Made by a program: the position numbers and the translations under genes. The notes beneath the pieces are model-generated. The model ran no database searches and had not been told where the DNA came from. It was given only the letters and a program-made list of their open reading frames with translations. Below are positions 58,586 through 64,000 of a DNA stretch of 64,000 bases, in pieces; within the stretch, counting starts at the first letter, position 1, and each line of letters starts with the position of its first letter. The DNA is from Candidatus Latescibacterota bacterium (lineage in GTDB: Bacteria; Latescibacterota; UBA2968; GCA-2709665). The DNA lies in contig OZ242358.1 in the NCBI GenBank assembly GCA_965208835.1, positions 5,056,001 to 5,120,000 on the forward strand, written 5' to 3'.

Positions 58586-58702
58586 TGCGATTATCGTGCC
58601 ATGAATACAACTTATTGAATATCAATTATATATGTGATACTTGTCCGATGAAACTGTCCGACAAGTGTTCGATAATGATACACTATTGTCCAAAAACGGA
58701 CA
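58586..58702 (-). promoter_or_regulatory. sigma54 promoter plus upstream enhancer-like box
   Basis: TGGCACG-ATAA-TCGCA (58586-58601); AT-rich spacer; box at 58661-58702. Confidence 0.75.
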
Positions 58703-59055
58703 CTATGGCGAACATTAAGACAACCGCACATTGCAGATGTGCGCTCAATCAGCGCCCGGGGGTCTATAACCCGCGAACGAACAGTTCGCGTTACGGTCGC
58801 AAACTACATTGGGGGGAGGTTGAACGGTAACGCGGCGTTTTCGCGCGGAATTGCGGGCGGTTCACAAGCCGCCCGTACAAATGTTGTCACTCGCGATGTT
58901 GATATCGCCAGGCCATATCGCTAACTGATTTTGGCTGACGGCTGATAGCTGACCGCTTTTACCGGGTTGTCATTATTTCGTGGAACAAATCTACACGGAA
59001 GACGATCAAATCCATGAAACCAATGACATTCTTACTTCAAAAGGGGGTGGTGACC

Positions 59056-59130
59056 GTGCCACAGATCAAACGGAGAAGACGCCGCCCGAGGCTCGTATTC
59101 GTCAAAGGTCAAAGGCGGCCAAAGGGATAA
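59056..59130 (+). CDS. Putative 24-aa basic peptide MPQIKRRRRRPRLVFVKGQRRPKG
   Basis: AAGGGGGTG RBS-like sequence, GTG start, TAA stop, followed by an intrinsic terminator. Confidence 0.5.
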   Translation: MPQIKRRRRRPRLVFVKGQRRPKG

Positions 59131-59142
59131 ATTTTCGCAAAG

Positions 59143-59177
59143 AACCGCCGGTCTCGGAAAGAGGCCGGTGGTTTTTT
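59143..59177 (+). terminator. Intrinsic terminator
   Basis: AACCGCCGGTCTC-loop-GAGGCCGGTGGTT plus T run. Confidence 0.8.
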
Positions 59178-59249
59178 CTATCAACCCTTTCGCGTCTCCC
59201 CTCTACCTGCTCACGCCATCAGCTTTTCGCTCTCACTGAGTCCGGATGT

Positions 59250-59379
59250 GGGTAGACGTGAGACGTTAGAGGGTAGAGATTGCCTGCCCGGTGGGTGTTT
59301 CAGTTCAAGCCGCAGGCAAGCACGAGGAACCGATCGGGCAGTGGATTCATCTCCCGTCTCCCGTCTTACGTCTCCCCGC
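59250..59379. repeat. Heptad-armed hairpin element, copy 6 (diverged core)
   Basis: GGGTAGA CGTGAGA CGTTAGA GGGTAGA arm; core GCCGCAGGC; inverted arm. Confidence 0.8.
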
Positions 59380-60532
59380 TTTTAGGTATTTTGAATACCA
59401 GCAGAACACCGGCGAACATCAGAACCGCGCTGACTTCGAATGCCCGCCGCAGGCCGTAGGCGTCCCCCATCATACCGAGCAGAAGCATTGCCAGCCCTCT
59501 GAGCGCGAAACCCCCGCCCATGTAGATCCCGTTGGCGAACGCCCGGTTTTCGGGGCAGCTTTCCTGCACCATCGCCATGACCACGGGACCCGTCGAGAGC
59601 GCGGCAAAGCCCAGAACGACCAGGGCGGGAAACAGGACCCAGCCCTGGCTTTCGAGAAAGACAAAGAGCAGAATGGGCGTCACGATCATAGAGAAGCCCA
59701 GCACCCGCCTGCGCCCCAGCCTGTCGCTCACCCATCCGCCGATCAGTGCCCCTGCGATGCCCGCACCTTCCAGGACCGAAAGGGACGCGCCGGCCAGCCA
59801 CAGGCTCGCGCCCTCTTCGCTCAGGAACGTGGGCAGAAATGCGGTGAGCGAGGCCAACGTAAACGCACGGACGAACACGATGCCGGACAGCGGGACCATA
59901 ACGGGCGCCATGCGTTTCAGGGCGGAACGCCATGGCAGCGCCTTGTAGAAGGAAAACGCTTGCGCCCCGACGCGCCTCATGCGTAACAACAGGACCACAG
60001 ATGCAACAAGGCCAACGGGGATCAGATAGGCCGTTCCCACGATCCCCCACAGGCCGATGACGCTTACGATCAGAATCGGACCCAGGGTGCGGCCGAGTTC
60101 ACCGCACAACATCCAGATACCCATCCCGCGCCCCAGGTTCGGCCCCGACAGCGTTCCGGCGATGGCCGGCCCGACGGCGTGAAAGGCCGCCGAACTGAAG
60201 CCGGCGATCAACAGGAGCGCGACCAGCGTCGAGTACCCGCCGGCCACGCCAAGTAAACTCATCGCGATGCCCGTGACCGCGGGTCCGAGGATGACCAGAA
60301 AGCGCAGATTCGAGCGGTCCGCCCGAAGTCCGATAATCGGCTGAAATACCGACGGCGCCTGCCTCACGACCATCAGCATGCCCGCCTCGGTCTTGGTCAG
60401 CGACAGAGCCCCAATGAAGACCGGCAGGAGGGGCGCCAGGAATCCGCTGTACGTATCGTGCACGGCGTGCCCGCCCGAAAGCATGAGCACGTCGGTGGTC
60501 TGAAATCGATCCCCCTGTCGTCTCTGCGACAT
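59366..60532 (-). CDS. MFS transporter (Fsr-like)
   Basis: 'GHAVHDTY', 'SAAFHAVG', 'GGWVSDRLGRR'. Confidence 0.88.
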   Translation of the reverse strand: MSQRRQGDRFQTTDVLMLSGGHAVHDTYSGFLAPLLPVFIGALSLTKTEAGMLMVVRQAPSVFQPIIGLRADRSNLRFLVILGPAVTGIAMSLLGVAGGYSTLVALLLIAGFSSAAFHAVGPAIAGTLSGPNLGRGMGIWMLCGELGRTLGPILIVSVIGLWGIVGTAYLIPVGLVASVVLLLRMRRVGAQAFSFYKALPWRSALKRMAPVMVPLSGIVFVRAFTLASLTAFLPTFLSEEGASLWLAGASLSVLEGAGIAGALIGGWVSDRLGRRRVLGFSMIVTPILLFVFLESQGWVLFPALVVLGFAALSTGPVVMAMVQESCPENRAFANGIYMGGGFALRGLAMLLLGMMGDAYGLRRAFEVSAVLMFAGVLLVFKIPKSGET

Positions 60533-60780
60533 GCGCTTCCCAAAACAAAAAGCGGTCCGGAATGACCGCTTTTCCAGCCTCTTCAATTCACAAAGCGGGA
60601 ATTTACATGGATGGACAGGATAAACAGGATAGAGTCACAAAGACCCGAGTGTCGCCCGCTGTTTCGAATTCTTCAAATGAGCCTTTGGACCACAAATCGC
60701 GCAACACCAATGTAGCCAACCCGATTCCGCAACGTCAAGCTTGAAATCGTCTCCGGGCCGGTCCCTGCTCACGGATCGAC

Positions 60781-62154
60781 TCAGACCCGTACCCAGTACA
60801 GGTGGTTGTCGATGGTCTCGCCCTCGTGCGCGTACCGGGATTCGCCCAGCGTGTAGATGAATGAAGGACGGTCGCCCGGCGGGATAGGGTTCGCGCCGTT
60901 TTGGCGTTCCAGGGAAGGCATAACCTGACCTTGTTCCGGGTCGAACGCGAGCACCTCCCGCGGCGTGAATGTCTCGCCGTAATCGGACGATTCGAGCCAG
61001 ACGACGCGTGAGAGTTCCGGATGCTCGCGCAGCCAGAAGGCGGGCAGGCCATAGATGCCCGGGGCCCAGTTCTCGTCCGGGTGCCCCAGTGCAACGAGCT
61101 GCGCGAGGACGCAAAGGACGTCATCGGACGTCATTACCGGCTTGAAGCCGATGATCCCCCAACCGGGCCAGTGCGACGCCACGGCCTCGCCTAACGGCAT
61201 TTCACGCCACCTCCCGGCGTCGAATGTCTTCAGGAAGGCGCGACAGGGCGTGGGTGTGTGGCGAACGTAGCCGACGTAGGGTCGGTCCTTTGAGTCGACG
61301 GCCATGCCGCAGTGCTCGATGCCGGGCTTCGGGTTGTTGCTTTCACCCTCCTCCAGCAGGTCAAGCGTGTCCGACGTCGCCGGAAGCGGAACCCGCGTCC
61401 CGTCGGCCTTCTGCCAGGTGCGTCCGAAGTCGAAGGAGCGCATGTACCCCACGGCCTGGTACAGACCGGCCACGTCACGCGGGTGCTCCCCAGCATTCGC
61501 CTTTCGACTCAGGAAAAAGGCCATGCTCATGTGCATTGTCTTCCGGCCCGGGCCCCAAACCATATCGTTGTTCATGCCCGTGTACCCGGTGAAACGTCGC
61601 TGCCGGGTCACGACCAGTCCGCGGCTTTGCCACGGACCGGCAGGCGGTCTCTCCCAGAGTTCCATGCCGTTGTGGCTGCCGTCGCGGGCGGTGAGGTGAA
61701 GCGTGTCGTCCGGGCCGCACATCAGCACGGGATAGGTGTTTCGGCCAAAGGCCTGGACGGGGGTCCAGGCTGACGCATCGTGCGGCCGCAGCGATCGCTG
61801 GTACTGCAGAGGCGAGTTGTGGCCGCCCATGACCATGTGCAGGTAGCCCCGGCTATCGACCGCCAGGGTGGGACGGGAATGCTCGTCGACGCCCTCGGCC
61901 AGGATGGCGCCCGCGGTCCACCTGCCCGTTTCATGATCGAGTGTGCGTACCCGGGCGAAGTACCTCTGATTGTATGAGTCCTGCCAGGCAATGTGGGTCC
62001 TGCCGCGGCAGGCAACGATCTTGTTCCCCGGCCCCTGGCTCGCGCGTTCGCCGGCGATCACGGACAGCAAGGCGTTGCCGAAGGCGCGATCGGCAGCGGC
62101 GAACGGGTCGCCCACGTCGCAGGTCCTGATACGGTCGAAAAATTCAGTCTCCAA
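60781..62154 (-). CDS. BNR-4 repeat-containing protein
   Basis: 'DEHSRPTLAVDSRGYLHMVMGGH', 'SFDFGRTW', 'SSDYGETF'; TTG start after GGAGGAG. Confidence 0.75.
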   Translation of the reverse strand: METEFFDRIRTCDVGDPFAAADRAFGNALLSVIAGERASQGPGNKIVACRGRTHIAWQDSYNQRYFARVRTLDHETGRWTAGAILAEGVDEHSRPTLAVDSRGYLHMVMGGHNSPLQYQRSLRPHDASAWTPVQAFGRNTYPVLMCGPDDTLHLTARDGSHNGMELWERPPAGPWQSRGLVVTRQRRFTGYTGMNNDMVWGPGRKTMHMSMAFFLSRKANAGEHPRDVAGLYQAVGYMRSFDFGRTWQKADGTRVPLPATSDTLDLLEEGESNNPKPGIEHCGMAVDSKDRPYVGYVRHTPTPCRAFLKTFDAGRWREMPLGEAVASHWPGWGIIGFKPVMTSDDVLCVLAQLVALGHPDENWAPGIYGLPAFWLREHPELSRVVWLESSDYGETFTPREVLAFDPEQGQVMPSLERQNGANPIPPGDRPSFIYTLGESRYAHEGETIDNHLYWVRV

Positions 62155-62358
62155 TTGCACTCCTCCTTCGTTATTCATCGAACGCCGGATGCTATGACCA
62201 TTGGCGAAATCTGGCGGTGCGGTGTCGGCACTGACTGTAATGCTGGCGATGCCGGTGTGAAGGTGGGGCGGACATTCCTGTCTGCCCACGTCAAGATTCT
62301 TCTGTCGAATTGCGGAAACAAGAAGAAATCGCAAGGCTGTCGAGGGGGCACCGGTCCC

Positions 62359-62797
62359 TCACTCATATCGGAGCGCGTCCACCGGATTCGCGCGGGCCGC
62401 CCGGGTGACCTGAAGACTGACGGCCAGGAGGACCATGAGAAGCATGAGCACGCCGCCCAGAAGAAACGTCCCAATTCCCGGATCCACGCGATACGCGAAA
62501 TTCTGCAGCCAGCGTTCAGCCGCGACGTAGGTCACGGGCCATGCGATCAGGACAGCGATGCCGACCAGGACCACGTATTCTCGGGTCAGCAGAGAGATGA
62601 TGCCAAATGTTGGCGCGCCCAGGACTTTGCGAATCCCGATTTCCTTGGTGCGCCTAGCGACGGAGAGCGACGTCAACCCGAAAGCGCCCAGGCACGCTAT
62701 GAATACGGCGAACAAAGTCGCGTAGCCCGCTATTCTGAACCACCTGTTTTCCTCCTCGTATTGACGACTTATCAGGTCGTCGAGAAAGAAATAATAA
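62359..62797 (-). pseudogene. 3' fragment of a MacB/FtsX permease interrupted by IS1595
   Basis: 'YFFLDDLISRQY...RRTKEIGIRKVLGA...ANPVDALRYE'; permease homology stops at the TIR. Confidence 0.85.
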
Positions 62798-62817
62798 CGC
62801 GAATACAAGATATGGGC

Positions 62818-62846
62818 TTGACAAGGTGGGCGGATTGTGTTATATT
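62818..62846 (+). promoter_or_regulatory. sigma70 promoter overlapping the TIR
   Basis: TTGACA-17 nt-TATATT. Confidence 0.75.
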
Positions 62847-62891
62847 GTAAGTAACAGGGACACAACACATAACCCCCACCGGAGAGACAAC

Positions 62892-63785
62892 ATGAACCTT
62901 CACCAGATTTTCCGCAAATACCCGACACAGGAATCCTGCATTGAATTCTTGGAGCGGGTACGGTTCGGCGATGAGCCCTTTTGCCCGTTGTGTGGCGTAG
63001 TCGGAGAGTGTAAGCGCAAGAATGACGGGGAGCGGATAGGACGCTGGAACTGTCATTCCTGCAAATCCAGCTTTAACGTCCTGTCTGGAACGATCTTCCA
63101 GAAAACCAAGATCGACCTGCAAAAATGGTTCATGGCTATCGGTATCATGCTGAACGCGAAAAAGAGCGTATCAAGCCCACAGCTGGCGCGGGACGTGGGG
63201 TTGACTCAACAGACCGCCCTTTACGTCCAGCAGCGTATTCGTTCCGAGATGGCCAGCAAACAGGGTTTCCTGCTGTTGCAGGGCATTGTTGAGGCGGACG
63301 AAACGTATGTAGGCGGCAAGCCTCGCAAGCGGAACAAGCGTAATTCTGGTAACGGTACCCCCCCCCCGAACAAACGCGGACGCGGAACGAAAAAGACCCC
63401 GATAATTGGCGTTGTTGAGCGAGGCGGCAAGGTTGTCGCGCAGGTTGCAGACGATCTGTCCGGTCGTGGCGTTATGGCGTTCATCAAGAACGCGGTCGAT
63501 CCCGATGGTTCGGTATTGATGACGGACGCCTACAAGGCGTATAACGCGGCTTCCGAGAAGTACCACCATCAAGTCATTGACCACGCCAAAGAGTATGCCC
63601 GCAATGGCGTTCACACGAATACGATTGAAGGCGTCTGGAGTCTGCTGAAGCGGGCATGGTATGGTTCCCATCATCACTATTCCAAGCACTTTACGCCCCT
63701 GTATGTCGCTGAAACCTGCTGGAAGTATAACAACCGGAAGAATGAACAGGCTTTTGATTCGTTCATGCGCGGGTGTTTCGCATGA
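62892..63785 (+). CDS. IS1595-family DDE transposase
   Basis: CPLC..CHSC, VEADETYVGG, MTDAY, HTNTIEGVWSLLKR; close paralogue of 13254-14138. Confidence 0.95.
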   Translation: MNLHQIFRKYPTQESCIEFLERVRFGDEPFCPLCGVVGECKRKNDGERIGRWNCHSCKSSFNVLSGTIFQKTKIDLQKWFMAIGIMLNAKKSVSSPQLARDVGLTQQTALYVQQRIRSEMASKQGFLLLQGIVEADETYVGGKPRKRNKRNSGNGTPPPNKRGRGTKKTPIIGVVERGGKVVAQVADDLSGRGVMAFIKNAVDPDGSVLMTDAYKAYNAASEKYHHQVIDHAKEYARNGVHTNTIEGVWSLLKRAWYGSHHHYSKHFTPLYVAETCWKYNNRKNEQAFDSFMRGCFA

Positions 63786-64000
63786 ACCGCCTCTATTATG
63801 GGGACTGCCTGACCGTGATGCAGGAATATATGCGGTCAAATAGCGTAGACCTGATTTACCTTGACCCTCCCTTCAACTCCAACCGAGAATACAATCAGAT
63901 TTACAAAGATGAAACCGGACGACCGCTCCCGGATCAGATAGACGCTTTCTGCGACCTGTGGACGCTCGACGAGGAACGAGAGCGGGCGATCCGCGCCATG
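63782..64000 (+). CDS. Beta-class DNA methyltransferase (3'-truncated by window edge)
   Basis: My translation: MNRLYYGDCLTVMQEYMRSNSVDLIYLDPPFNSNREYN...; ATGA overlap with the transposase stop. Confidence 0.88.
   Translation, partial: MNRLYYGDCLTVMQEYMRSNSVDLIYLDPPFNSNREYNQIYKDETGRPLPDQIDAFCDLWTLDEERERAIRAM

Larger units (their letters stand above)
62798..64000 (+). mobile_element. Second IS1595-family element with methyltransferase passenger (right end outside window)
   Basis: Left TIR CGCGAATACAAGATATGGGCTTGAC (62798-62822), 20/25 identical to the first element's left TIR. Confidence 0.88.

Overview
64-kb bacterial window (mostly ~55-65% GC by eye). Gene content (PhyH-family dioxygenases, Gfo/Idh/MocA oxidoreductases, FlgD-Ig/T9SS-like and dockerin-like C-termini, MacB/FtsX permeases) suggests an FCB-group bacterium such as Latescibacterota/Gemmatimonadota (inference only). 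Left to right: (1) 1-12.8 kb, an eroded integron-type cassette array with attC-like sites but no integrase in the window, then hicB-hicA and DUF2442; (2) a complete 2,760-bp IS1595-family element (25-bp TIRs, 8-bp TTTTCGAT target duplication) carrying a DNA methyltransferase-Mrr-like passenger; (3) a cobalamin riboswitch and B12 uptake/salvage operon (btuF-btuB-propeller-cbiZ-cbiB-Cache protein-btuD-btuC); (4) a non-coding ~44-bp tandem array with a 133-bp higher-order period; (5) an SDR/QueA-like/two-component module; (6) catabolic genes; (7) two sigma54 promoters with the same upstream box at the same spacing, driving an ECF-sigma/MacAB-type locus that contains a four-helix-bundle gene; (8) a second related IS1595 element with a methyltransferase passenger, inserted into an ABC permease. 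Intergenic DNA is crowded with repeat families. The best candidates for an undescribed system are a ~120-140-bp heptad-armed hairpin family whose arms also flank the four-helix-bundle gene, and the IS1595 methyltransferase-carrying elements. All protein calls are by motif recognition; no database searches were run.
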